64,000 nucleotides of DNA from Trichoplax adhaerens (Eukaryota; Animalia; Placozoa): assembly GCF_000150275.1 (NCBI RefSeq), contig NW_002060947.1, positions 6,401,648 to 6,465,647 on the forward strand. Direction: 5' to 3'. The translations under genes were made by a program, and so were the position numbers. Numbering within the stretch: the first letter of the stretch is position 1; each line of letters begins with the position of its first letter. Of this stretch, positions 19,915-32,813 are shown piece after piece. Under the pieces are notes generated by a model, which was not told the origin of the DNA, searched no databases, and was given only the letters and a program-made list of their open reading frames with translations.

Positions 19915-21380
19915 CACCATTTGCATCAGTAGTAGAATCAGTACTGCAAGCAGTATAGATTAACTTAAGCCTCTCCATTTGCATAGAGTAAAATTCTATT
20001 AAGCCATTTGTAAAATCATGACTGCAAGCAGTATAGATTAACTTGAGCCTCTCCATTTGTATAGAAATTAAAATCAGTACTGCAAGTAGTATAGACTAAC
20101 TTAAGCCTCTTCATTTGCATAGAGAGTAAAATTTTATTAAGCCTCGTCATTTGCATAGAAAGTAAAATCATGACTGCAAGCAGTATAGACTAATTTAAAC
20201 CTCTCCATTTGCATAGAAATTAAAATCAGTACTGCAAGTAGTATAGACTAACTTAAGCCTCTCCATTTGCATAGAGAGCAAAATTTTATTAAGCCTCGTC
20301 ATTTGCATAGAAAGTAAAATCATGACTGCAAGCAGTATAGACTAATTTAAACCTCTCCATTTGCATAGAAAGTAAAATCAGTACTGCAAGTAGTATAGAC
20401 TAACTTAAGCCTCTCCATTTGCATAGAGAGTAAAATTTTATTAAGCCTCGTCATTTGCATAGAAAGTAAAATCATGACTGCAAGCAGTATAGACTAATTT
20501 AAACCTCTCCATTTGCATAGAAAGTAAAATCAGTACTGCAAGCAGTATAGACTAACTTAAGCCTCTCCATTTGCATAGAGAGTAAAATTTTATTAAGCCT
20601 CGCCATTTGCATAGAAAGTAAAATCATGACTGCAAGCAGTATAGACTAATTTAAACCTCTCCATTTGCATAGAAATTAAAATCAGTACTGCAAGTAGTAT
20701 AGACTAACTTAAGCCTCTCCATTTGCATAGAGAGTAAAATTTTATTAAGCCTCGTCATTTGCATAGAAAGTAAAATCATGACTGCAAGCAGTATAGACTA
20801 ATTTAAACCTCTCCATTTGCATAGAAAGTAAAATCAGTACTGCAAGTAGTATAGACTAACTTAAGCCTCTCCATTTGCATAGAGAGTAAAATTTTATTAA
20901 GCCTCGTCATTTGCATAGAAAGTAAAATCATAACTGCAAGCAGTATAGACTAATTTAAACCTCTCCATTTGCATAGAAAGTAAAATCAGTACTGCAAGCA
21001 GTATAGACTAACTTAAGCCTCTCCATTTGCATAGAGAGTAAAATTTTATTAAGCCTCGCCATTTGCATAGAAAGTAAAATCATGACTGCAAGCTGTACTG
21101 TATAGACTAACTTAAACCTCTCCATTTGCATAGAAAGTAAAATCAGTACTGCAAGCTGTATAGACTAACTTTAAACCTCTCCATTTGCATAGAAAGTAAA
21201 ATCACTACTGCAAGCAGCCAGGCGAAAGCTATTAGAACAAGAGAGAGAGAGTCTTGTCCATTTGCATGTAGAAAGATCGAATCAGAACTGCAAGCAGTAT
21301 AGGTTAAAAGCCTCTCCATTAGCATAAAATGAGAATCTTGTCCATTGGTGTGGAATCAGTACTGCAAGCAGTATGGCTGA
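19915..21380. repeat. Higher-order minisatellite: 58-bp A + 36-bp B + 58-bp C subunits form a 152-bp period (7 near-perfect periods, 20070-~21138), with degenerate copies on both flanks
   Basis: A units start at 20070, 20222, 20374, 20526, 20678, 20830 and 20982. Every core subunit ends in CATTTGCATAGA. Confidence 0.96.
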
Positions 21381-22321
21381 AACAAGCTTTTTTTGGCGTC
21401 TCAGTCAGGAGTGTAATGATGTCAAAAGCTACTGAAACAGTACTGTTCGTCTGTTGTATTTGTATATACAGTAAAATCAATGTAGTATTCGGTATCAATA
21501 TCAATTCGACACTGTTCTCTGTCGCAGCTCAATGGGTGGATGACGTCACACTCTCCACCATGGTTGTGTTGCGATTCCGGTATCAAGCTGTGTTCACTAA
21601 CCATCGGTGTCTGAGTCATGGTCTAAGCCGTAAGACATTCTCTCTCCCCTGAAGCACTACCCTAATAAGACAGCGATCGTCTAGACCATCCACGGCTCGA
21701 CAGGTGACACTACAGACCCGTCGAGCGTCCACTACAGTCTACAGTATGCACGTACGTACTGTGAACTTCGCACTCTACCGTATTGTACGGTATTTGAAGA
21801 AGGTTTCTCGTGACTGGAAAGGAATCCATGTTGCTATTTTGTTGGCTTGTTATCCAATTATCCAAGCCCATATTTCCCCATCGACAGCCAATTCAATCAT
21901 TCCATATCAAAATGTCCGTTGAAAACTAGCCTAGAATCTCTATTTTCTATCAAGGATCTTTCTTACTGTCGTCGATTGCCTTGGATACGTCGAAAAATTG
22001 GCCCAACAACCAGTGTTTTGTATCCTTAATTGGTCAATGGATTGATCATTGGATTGATGGAAAATCGTTCAAGCTAGTCAAGCCCATCCATCCTTGAATA
22101 TTCGTTGACTTGAGCTAAAAATACTACTTATAGTGGGGAATTCAAGCCCCCTTGGGTGATCAAGTTGTTCTAAGCAATTGACATCACTTAATTAATTCCA
22201 AGGGCAAATTGGAAGGGATTCAATCCATTACTTTGTGGTCCTACCTACAGCAGATTAGCGTCTGCAACGATTGCAGACAGCAGCATCGTAGCCGTCTTTG
22301 GATCGTACAAATCGCTATAAA

Positions 22322-25300
22322 ATGATGAAAGATCCGGGTGGTCGAGCGTTCATTGAGCCCAGTGAAATTACCTTATTAGAAGTAAGAATTTCTCTTTATC
22401 ACTCCTTTATCCTCTTTCGCCATTTCTTTTTTGTCTCTGTCATCCATTTCCAATCCTAAATATCAGCGCCAAAGATTGAAAAAAAATGTAAATAGTCGAT
22501 GGTTATTCAGTCAAGACGAGTGTATCAATGGTCTACATGTTGAATAACAATATTGAAATAAATGTCAATCTGATAGCCTTCTGAGCAGATGGGGCATCCA
22601 TGATTGAAATAATCTATCGGGTTGATATTCAGGGACAAATGGAAACCTTTTTACAGGAGCAAATATAGTAGACCACTCTTCATGCACGGACTGATTGATT
22701 ACAATGATCAGTTTTCTGTGCAATGGATGAAAGATACAGTACATCGACGATATGATGATTGGTTAGTAAGTTGGCTAGATGCCTTCGATACCAAAATACT
22801 CCTGAACAAAGCTGCCGATCGTTAGGCTTATCTTACCATAATTAGCCATCATTGCTTAAATTGTTGAACGATTCTACTTGCCCATTGATCTTGCACCAAT
22901 TTATGGGTACAAATGGATAGTCAGTATTATTGACCATGATACACCACAGCCCTCATCCTATTTTCTCTGATTTTTTATTCTGAAATAATTAATTGCACAA
23001 AGTAGACTAAAAGTAGGAACCTACTGATGCCTTCAATATAGGCGATAAATCGATTCCTATGTTTCTCTATCTCCTCCATTTTTTCTTTTTTCGCTCTATT
23101 TCTACCGGATAGGTAGTACACTCACGCAAATCATCAACCCTTCACCGTTTTTTCATTCTGTTCAAGCCTATTTTACGCCCAGTACATAGTTGAGCGACTT
23201 TAATAACAAAGTATGCCTACATCGTAGACTTTAAGCGCAGGCGATCGTGATCGACATTGTCGCTCTCCTTCTGTAGTGTACTTGTCTCAACTAAAACTTT
23301 CCTAACCGCAACATTCGTCTTCATACAGACAACGATAGACCCATTTAGTTGTGGCAACAAAATGTACGACTGCAGCTAACGCAAAAATTAAGTTGATATG
23401 AAATTTGCTTCTGCCGCAGACGTAATCTTGCAAGATATAGTATCTACTACTGATGGGAAATTTAATTTTTCCAATTCCATTTAAAAGAGTGTTTGTGTTT
23501 TCTATAGTGTTTAAGAAATAACTATACTCTACTCGTAAACCATACAAATACCTGATAATTTGAAATACTAGTGTTGACAATTAGCTATAACTCGCCACCT
23601 ATGCCTTTTTTTACTATTAGACCGTCGGTCGAGGCTCCTTTGGTGTTGTCCATAAAGCACGATGGCGAAGCCAAATTATCGCTGTGAAAATTATTGAAAT
23701 CGATCAAAATCAAGAAGAAATTCAAAAGGAGGTAAGTTAGACACTGAAATGATCTAGTCACGGCAGCAAATTCCTGTTTATATTACACACTGTACATGTT
23801 ATCATTTTGCCACTATTTCTGGCCTGTCATTATTGATAGGCCAGAAATAACTGATAAGATAGCAAAATTCAATTCCATTCCAGTCGCAAATAATTTGATA
23901 AAGAGACGTTTTTCTTCTTGAATCTCTAGGTTGACCAGTTATCCCAATTAGACCATCCTAATATCATACAATTATTTGGCATTTCGATATTGCAATCTGC
24001 TGTAAGTACGAGTATATCGCTTCGTGGGCGTTTACTAACCTTTATCTTATTTTATCAAGTCATCACGCTAATTTTACACTATTTTCTTGACGTAACATGA
24101 TGTTGTAATGGTTGTTGGTTGATAGGCGAATACACCCGATTATGAAGTTAATTGCTAACTTTTGCTAATTCTTCAACTTTATTTTATAGCCTTCGTTGTT
24201 GATGGAATTCTCTGATTGTGGCAGTTTGCAAAAAGGTATAAGTACAGAGTAATACTACTGAAAAACTGTACCTTGCCTATATCATGCAAGTAGCAGTAGA
24301 CGTATAAAAGCAGGTTTGCCACCACAAATCCTTCTAATCCATCTGTTTTTCCTTCTCAATGTTTGTAGTATTGCACAATCAAAAAGATTTACAGTATACT
24401 TATGCCCACGCGATTGGTTGGATGCTTCAATCAGCTAAAGCGGTCGATTACTTACATAGTATGACACCAAAACCATTGATGCATCGTGATTTGAAACCTC
24501 TCAAGTAAGTTTTATTTATGAATGGTAAAATTAAATTAAATCAATTTACAACTCGTTGATCATGAAGAGCATGCAGGACACACCAACAGATACTAACTGC
24601 ATTGCGTGCCACCCAATTTCATATATATTTTTAACCTTGAATTCAATCAAGTCCTAAAGTTATAATCGTTGATTTGTTTTCCAGCATGTTGATGTTTAAT
24701 TGTGCGACCGTCTTGAAAGTTTGCGATTTTGGTACTGTTTGTACCGCTCATACGCAAATGACCGTTAACAAGGGCAGTGCTCCATGGATGGCTCCGGAAG
24801 TATTTCAGGGTAAAGTTATTAATACCTTTTTAAATAATCATCATTGAATTAGAAGATCTTGATACCATGTTCATACTGATGATAAATGAATCATTGTAGG
24901 GAGAAAGTACAGCGAGAAGTGTGATGTTTTCAGTTTTGCTATAATCATGTGGGAGATTATGACCCGACGAGAACCATATGATCATATGGGTACGGAGAGA
25001 AGATCCTTTACCATACTATGGCAAGTCAGCGAAGGTATCTTATTTCTACAGATTGACTATGACAATCAACCAATTCCTTACGCTATCCATTGTCCTATGT
25101 TTAAGACAATTAAATAGCCTAATCACGCACATTTTATAACGATCACAATCAGGTAAAAGACCTCCACTCATTAAAGGAATTCCAAAAGTATTAGAGAATC
25201 TAATGACAAGGTAAACGCTTAGCATTACCTTTTATATAGAACTATCATTTATTTTACTGTTATAAAACCATCATCATTCGAATTTTATCATTCATAGGAG

Positions 25301-26810
25301 TTGGGCTCAAGATCCGGATGAACGGCCTTCTTTTAAAGAAATTGTCCAGAAACTTGAATATTTATATCAGGTAAATCATTTTGTCAATATGATGGTGCTG
25401 TAATTTTCCTTGTTGCTATGCAAAAATTATTTTATAACGTTATCATCGCTACACGTATACTCAGTTTTGTGTAGGCTCCAACAAACCTTTACAAGGTTTT
25501 GCCGAACCAACTAGCCAAACCGAAATTGATCATCCACAATATTTCTCGAATGGTAAGAACAAAATAGAAATGGATATACGCGTGATCAATCAAGATAGAT
25601 AAACATTCCTAGTCCATCAAGGATATTTTCCCATTATTCTGTAATAGTGTTGTACATAGTAGGTGTTTTGATTAACTTACTATGAGAAAACGGCTCATTT
25701 TCAGTTCTTCTTGTCACACTCTATAGCATCAGCATTAGCTACCGTGATTGATATTTCAAATCATACTGGCGTCCAGCAAGACGAATTAACGGTATATATA
25801 TAGAGTTGGTGGTTGCTAAAGTTTAAAATAGAAGCAATAATTCTGTCTATATAGATTAGGAGCGTTTGTTATTGCAATTACTTAAGACCAGCGATTTTTT
25901 ACAGCCGATGCCACCTATCGAATCAAGTACGAAATCGATCAGAATTTATGAAGAGCACACACGGGTACAACTGCAATTCTTCTTTTATAAAACGTAATAC
26001 GATCTTTCGATCCTTAAAAATTAACTAACTTCTATTGCAGAAATTACAAAGATATTTGGATATTATAAAAGAAATTGATGCATTAAAGGGATTTTTGTAA
26101 GTAGGAGAATGTAGGCAAATTTACCCCTTAGTGTCGAGATTTGTTTTGTACATACAGCTACTAGAAGATGTTAACATTTGTTTATGTATGTAATAAACCT
26201 AATAACCTAGGGATGAATTAGATGAACAGGTCAATGTAGCAGAAAGCGAGGAGAAAAAAATGTTATTAGAAGTGGATAAATTGACTTCAGAAAAGGTATC
26301 AGTATGCAGTAACAGGGAGATAAATAGAAAATTGTCTTCTGATACTAGATTTCCTAAGGGCACTGCCGATGAGATTCACCAATTTTAGCTACGTGAACAA
26401 CATGTATTAATATTTTGTAGATCGTATCGAGTTGTGTTTAAGATCATATAGACTATGGGTTAATTAGATACGTTATTCTTTAATATTCGTATGCTAATAC
26501 TTAAATAATTGAGATAATAAAATTAGATATTGTAGTTGTTATAACTTTGTACTGAATATTCGTTACATACCCGCTTTTGCATAACAGCCACGAATTGTAT
26601 AGTTTGTCGATTTAAAAGGAGAAAAAAATATCACTAATGTTTCTGGAATTATTAATAATTATTACTTTGATATTAGCTTACTGTTTGCCATTTATTTCGT
26701 CTTGGAAATGATGACTGATATCGTATGCTTTATCTCTTTAGGGTAAAATGGTAGAATTGCAAAAGGACCTCGAATATCAGCTGAACATGATTGCAAATCA
26801 GAGCAATTAA
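22322..26810 (+). CDS. MAP3K7: TGF-beta-activated kinase 1 (MAP3K7), 15 exons, about 410 aa
   Basis: [95 protein letters not shown]-terminal [14 protein letters not shown] segment plus coiled coil matches the TAB2/3-binding tail. Confidence 0.93.
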
Positions 26811-28821
26811 TATTGTGATTGCTACAACTGCTCAATGCCTTTAAATGAATGAGTCAAACACGATATCGACAATTTTATAGATCTATTCAGTAATAACATA
26901 ATTTATCACTATGTAAATTCTAAATTCTACAATAAGCAACTTTATTGACTATCTAAAGGTTAAATTTCATGCTATATCTGTGAATAGTTTACTGGCAGCA
27001 ATGTACTTTAAGAAAGCCATATTTTGTAAAGGACATAATCTAATATTGTACCAATCGATTATATTACTGTTACAGTTCGTTGTTGGTTTCTAAGAAACCA
27101 ACGTAAAGATCAAATTAAACTTTATACGCCTTGGTATTGAAAGTTATGTGAAAGTCCATGCTATATTGTTGCTCTGTTGCTAAATTAATAATTTTGCTCA
27201 GTTGTTTCTGTGTGATATAGTCGCTTTTATTACCTTTTAAGTACTGTATTACTACCTTATTTTGTAAATATAGCAGATTTATCGACAGTACAATAATGAT
27301 TTGTACGGTAAAATGCTACATGATGTGCTTAAATAATTGGGTAAGTAAGTCCGTTTTATTATACTACAAAATGGTAATAATATTACCTGCATAATTTCGG
27401 TTAAAAATTACAATATATTTGTTGTCTTGCAATAAGTAACTAATTCAATTTCAATTGTAAATATTTCTACCAAAGATATAAACTCAGTTTATGGCTATTA
27501 TCACGCAGATGCATTGTCTGATCTTGTATGTTCAATAAATTTTCAAGGCTTGATATAAACCTTGAAATTATGTTTGCCATCGGCTCGATGTTGAATGTAG
27601 AAGTGGACTATTCGTAGCTCGATAAAAAAGTGTAATCGGTACGGGAATTGAGGAGATCATTTTTGTCTACTATTGTAAATTATGTAGTAACTCTTACTTA
27701 GTTACTTTTCTGTAAGAGTTAAGAGTGCAGGTCTACTTTGATACCACGGCATTAGCTGTAATACAGTCCTATAGTGATCATTAATGGCACGCAACGATAT
27801 ACAAAGTCTTGATTATATTCCTATCGCTGTAGTGTTACATGCAAAGGACCAGATTCGTGTTACATCTTTCAACCTGGGTTAAGTCTTACGAATTATCTGC
27901 AATAGCCAATATCAAGTAGTAAATTCATATATATACTGTAGGTGTAGTTTATATTTCAATCCACCATTTAAGTTTCTTTACATTTATTACATGAATCATG
28001 AAATAAACAGTTTAGGTTCTGACTAAAGTAATTTGCGTATTTCGACGCATTGCATTTTTTCATTAGAGAGTAACGGAAAAATCTCAACAAGTAGATGATA
28101 TAATCTACAAATGCATAATTACCATCCGTAGTACGTACGTTTTTACTTTAATACAAAGCTGAATTCTTGGTAACAGAGTTATCAAGTACTAAGCCAATTA
28201 GATACGAATGCATCTAGCTATTGTAAACTACCAAGTCTGGAAAATATTGATTTTAATGAAATTACCGTAAATCCACTGTAATAATTTCATATACTAGAAG
28301 AGTAGACATCAATCATGCCTTACTGGGGTATACATATGATGCGATATTGTCAATACGAATAGGATTATAATTACATAGTAGTCAGAAATCATTTCGGTCA
28401 GCAACTTTAACTACAAAGCAAATGCGTATCGTAGGTATGAAATACTATAGGTGCAGAAATGAAATAGTAATTTCATATCAAAGAGCCGATACGAAAGTGA
28501 TTGTTTCTACGCGGATAATAAAAAGTAACTGATCCCTAGATAACAATTATCATACCATAGATAAGCATGAGCTAATACTTTTTATACACCAGTATTATTT
28601 GTTTACTAAAGTTACCATAGTATAGAGATGAAGCGAATATGAAGCTTTCTATAAAACAGGTCAATTTACATGCTCTACTACAGTGCAAATTATTCTTTAC
28701 TGTAACAAAAAAAGAATAAAATTATTGGCGTATTTTAAAGATTAACTAGGTGTACTAGACTTTTTCAATTTATATCATTGAAAGTCCAACACTGAATAAT
28801 TTTCTTTGGCATAATGTTTAT

Positions 28822-30832
28822 CTATCCTTGACGCAGCTTGGCTAGCCTCTGACTTAATTCATCCTATATAAATGAAGGCTGATTAGATACCAAAAGTGCT
28901 GGTATTTTTTTTGAATCTTTACCAAATGATTCATGCGAAGTGTATAACAAACATCACCTGCTCAGCATTAGCAACAGAAGCGGTTCCAAGGGATGCTGTT
29001 TGGCCATTGGGCAATTCCATATTAAGTTCCAACCTGATATCATGTATTGGTATTAATCATACGTTTCACAGTTATAGTAACTAAATGATGAATAGTTTGT
29101 TGTTGTTGTGGTATACGCACCCGTGTTCATCAGCAACTTGGTTCATTAAAGAATCCACTTGGCCCTGTGATTATTATTGAATATAGTCCATTACTTTAAT
29201 CAATGAATAATTAGCCTTGACAATAAAATATGACATTGTAACGCCAGTGGATCGTAATATCGATACAGTCTTTACGTACCTGCGGTACAGTTAATGTTGT
29301 GGAATTGGACATGGCATTATCCATGCAATTCGTTTGAACATCTAAGTCTTCAAATTGTCTTTCGAATCTGTCAAGTAAATTTGTAACCTGTAAACAGAAT
29401 AGAGAATTTTAATGCTATTGAAGTTAAAGAATGAATCACAGATTTTGGTGCTATCGATAATTGCACATGGTGACGGAGTAGGCGTAATATGTATAAAGTT
29501 GATCTATCGTGGTTACTAATGTCTGTGATAGTTGAAGGATTTTAACATCGATATCGTATGTAGATATGACAATAGAATAATTTTGTGCTTAATATCAAGA
29601 GATCATTGATATAAAGTAGAATGTGTTATTTCATATTGTAGTACTGACGTTACCTTTTCTAAATTCATCGATCTCATAGCACTATCCATAGACTTTACTA
29701 CCCCTGCCATAGATCCAGTCACCTATATTTTTTCAGTCATACAAAAAATGAATATGATTTATCTTAACATAATCAAATTTTTCAGTAACACACAAAATCA
29801 ATCAGCTTTATGACAAACCTGTTTCATAGTTACAGCAGTTTGCACTCTTTGCGCAACAGCGTCTACTCTCGAGCTTAAGCGTAAGAAATTTAACGCCTGC
29901 AATCCATCGTAATATTAGGCAAAAAGTAGGTACAACGCATCGGTTGAGTCCATAGTAATATTAGACAAAGTGTAAGTTCAACGCTAGCTATCGTAGTACA
30001 CTCCTCTATCACTGAAGGATTCCTGTATACTAGTGATTGAATCATGAGGTGCAGTTCTGTCGAGTGACTAACCTGATTTTTTTGTCTGATAGCATTTTCG
30101 GCATGAATTCTAGCGCCTTCTACATTACCTTTCTGTATAGCCTGTACGCAGATAGTAAAAATACATGAGCATTAGTTGATGTCAATCCGCTACGAGCAAG
30201 TGTCGGTAAATTCGTTGTACAATTGTATAAATATGAGGAGTGTTAGTCCAAGTTCAAGTGACTATACAGGTTGTCATCGTTTGCCATTCCTTATTAAGAC
30301 GAAAACTTGCTTTACTCTAATACATCATTTTAAAGTTAAATTTTTGACCTTTTTTAATTTCAATTTTTCGGCCTTTTCATCTTTGACACATTTTTGAGAA
30401 TGTCTGTTGAGATCCTTAGCAGCAAACTATTTATCAATAGAAAGATAGAATATTATTGAGTATCGCTATCGATGTCGAAATGTAGCCATCACTACTGTAG
30501 CCTGATTCAAACTATTTTATCCCAGGTAGAATGTTCTTGCTATCGATTGAGGTTTACTATTCACTACAAATACAAATGGTCCCAACATAGACACTATTAT
30601 TATTGTTAGGGCAGGCGAAAAGGGCTTCTGTTGAAGTTATCGATATTCTGTCTATCGTGATGTTTCTATTGTAAGTTAAAAGACAACATGGATGGCAAAG
30701 ATGGTCGAAAACATCACGTCCATTGGGGACAGGAATTGGTGTTTTGGCCCTCGTTATGGGAATGATGATGTCATCCTCGTCTAATCTGTTTTGATCCTAT
30801 CCTCAGACTTACCTTCAAGTTAAATAAATGTT
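28822..30832 (-). CDS. CHMP1B: ESCRT-III CHMP1 (CHMP1B-like), at least 9 exons; the tiny first coding exon upstream of 30832 was not located
   Basis: HLFNLK | FAAKDLNRHSQKCVKDEKAEKLKLKK | AIQKGNVEGARIHAENAIRQKNQ | ALNFLRLSSRVDAVAQRVQTAVTMKQ ... DELSQRLAKLRQG* (C-terminal MIM helix). These match CHMP1B better than CHMP1A. Confidence 0.9.
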
Positions 30833-31249
30833 CTGCGAGCAATCAGGAATTTGGAATTAAGGAAAGATAGACATCATTGACATTATCCTATTCAATTGAA
30901 GTGAATTTATGCCTAAACGAGCACTAATAGAACATTTGATCTTGACTTTATTGATCCAACTACTATAGCACTGGCATGATTTCATCGTCTCCATAACAAA
31001 AACTCGATTTCTATTTTGAATTAGTTTCAATCAAGACATAAAGCTAAAGGATACTTTCCATCTTTTTTTCCAACGATTCTACAGCTCAATAATATCGACT
31101 AAAAGGCAGGAAAACTGGATAAGCGTTTGGTGATTTCGTTAACTTGATAATTGCCTCAATATTCAATGGAATCCCTTTGGAAGCTAGGAAATGGATCACA
31201 AATTAGCTTGGAGAATGGCCTTGGCTTTCCTCTACACTCGTCTCGATGT

Positions 31250-32345
31250 TATCATACTAGCGTACACTATGACTACGGTGACTAGTATCAGCGGTCTGGT
31301 TCTACAAGCCAAGATGGACGCCAGGGACTACGGTACAGTACTGAAATGGATGATCGTCTAGCAACTGGGATATTTTCATTGTGATCCTATAGCTTTGTAT
31401 GGCTTCAGTAGACATGATAGCGCACTATCCCTCTCAAGCTAAACACGGACGGTAATGACCAGTTACGGTTGGTTCCTAGCGCTATGACGTCAACAAGTTA
31501 TTTTTAGATGGATGGAAGATCCCCACCCGACCTGCTACAGTACTCATCCTGTACAAAAATACTGTACACTGTAGAGCAACGACTAATCCACGACAGTAAA
31601 ACTTCTCCCGTCAAAGTGGTAATGAACCAATTTTCCCCTATTGTAGGCTAAAAATACTGACAAGTTTTATGTCAAAAATGTGTCCACTGTTGTTTTGCTT
31701 GGCAATATTGTGAGCAAAAGACTTTTCATTGCAGCGTACCGTGCAGGACACCTATTTTTCACATTGCCTCACTACTAGGTATAGTAGTCTGTGATTACAG
31801 TACAAACTGCAAGAGAAGGATGACAACGCTTTGTATCGATTGTACAGTACTTATTCTATGCTACAAGTAATTTCTAGTCGTCCGCGGTACTGTACTGGAT
31901 AGGCAGTGTGGAAAATAGGTGTCCACTACGTCGTCAAAAGTCTATCGCTGGCCGATTTGCCAACCACACCCAAGTCTCCGACACGTTTGCTATAGAAAGG
32001 CTGTATTGGTATACCGTACAGTGTACAGTACACTATAGTGTCGTGGAAAATTTTGTAGATACGGCTATGGTCGTCCCTGGCTGCACTGTACACTGTAGTC
32101 TCCGGCATTTTGTAATTTTATTTTACTACCTATTGGTGAAACTGCTCTTTAATAGGTAGTAACTGTACTGTCCGTACTTTGAAAAGGGATTTCTTTCCTG
32201 CGCCAGAAGAAGAAAGCAGGCCCACACTACAACAGTACTGTACAGTACACTGTGCACTATACACTGTACCCAACACTACAACAGTACTGTATCCCTATCA
32301 AACCTTAACCGTTCTACAGTGTAGGCATGTACTGTAGTACTGTAG
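31250..32345. promoter_or_regulatory. TACAGTA/TACTGTA-dense, GC-richer island at the CHMP1 5' end (divergent CHMP1/ORC3 region); putative promoter
   Basis: More than a dozen TACAGT/ACTGTA words, including ACAGTACTGTACAGTACACTGTGCACTATACACTGTAC (32232-32269) and TACTGTAGTACTGTAG (32330-32345). Similar clusters lie at other gene starts. Confidence 0.45.
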
Positions 32346-32385
32346 ACAAACCTTGGCATTCGGGTCTGCCAACCAAGTTGGAGAA

Positions 32386-32500
32386 CTCAAAATGGCCCGG
32401 TAAAAGAAGACCCGTAAAACAAAACCGAGTCTTCTTTAGTAGCTCAAAATGGCCCGGTAAAGGAAGACCAGTAAAACAAAACCGAGTCTTCTTTAGTAAT
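32386..32500. repeat. 57-bp tandem duplication, each copy with an internal inverted repeat (AAAGAAGAC..GTCTTCTTT)
   Basis: CTCAAAATGGCCCGGTAAA starts at 32386 and 32443. Confidence 0.9.
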
Positions 32501-32644
32501 TCAAAGTCAAAGATACGGTTCTTATCCGGTAGTTTTCTAGGAGCAGCGAGCAGAAGTAAATTGAAACTGGGAATGAGCAATTTGCCGTAGTTCGGTGGGG
32601 TAATAATGAATGGAAAAGTCCCCGGTACGGAACTAGTCTGGACG

Positions 32645-32813
32645 TCTGCACTTGATATTGACAAAATTTTATAGACATTCTGCTTCCAAAAGTGACTAGA
32701 ATCGGATAATAATAATGAAGAGAATTACATCTGTACTTGATATTGACCAAAATTTTGTAGAGATTCTGCTTCCAAAAGTGACTAGAATCGGATAATAATA
32801 ATGAAGAGAATTA
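32645..32813. repeat. ~85-bp near-perfect tandem duplication
   Basis: TCTG.ACTTGATATTGAC...ATTCTGCTTCCAAAAGTGACTAGAATCGGATAATAATAATGAAGAGAATTA starts at 32645 and 32730. Confidence 0.92.

Noticed and set aside
19915-21380. Array as CRISPR or as a coding repeat (ORF 19619-20056 and others)
   Set aside because: There are no unique spacers and no cas genes, and the context is eukaryotic. The 58- and 152-bp periods break the frame and stops recur.
19915-22300. snRNA gene driven by the octamers
   Set aside because: I recognised no U1, U2, U4, U5 or U6 sequence nearby. A covariance-model (Infernal/Rfam) search would be needed to exclude divergent RNAs.
32314-32750. ORFs of 85-116 aa on both strands
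   Set aside because: They arise from the 57-bp duplication, with no splice structure or homology.
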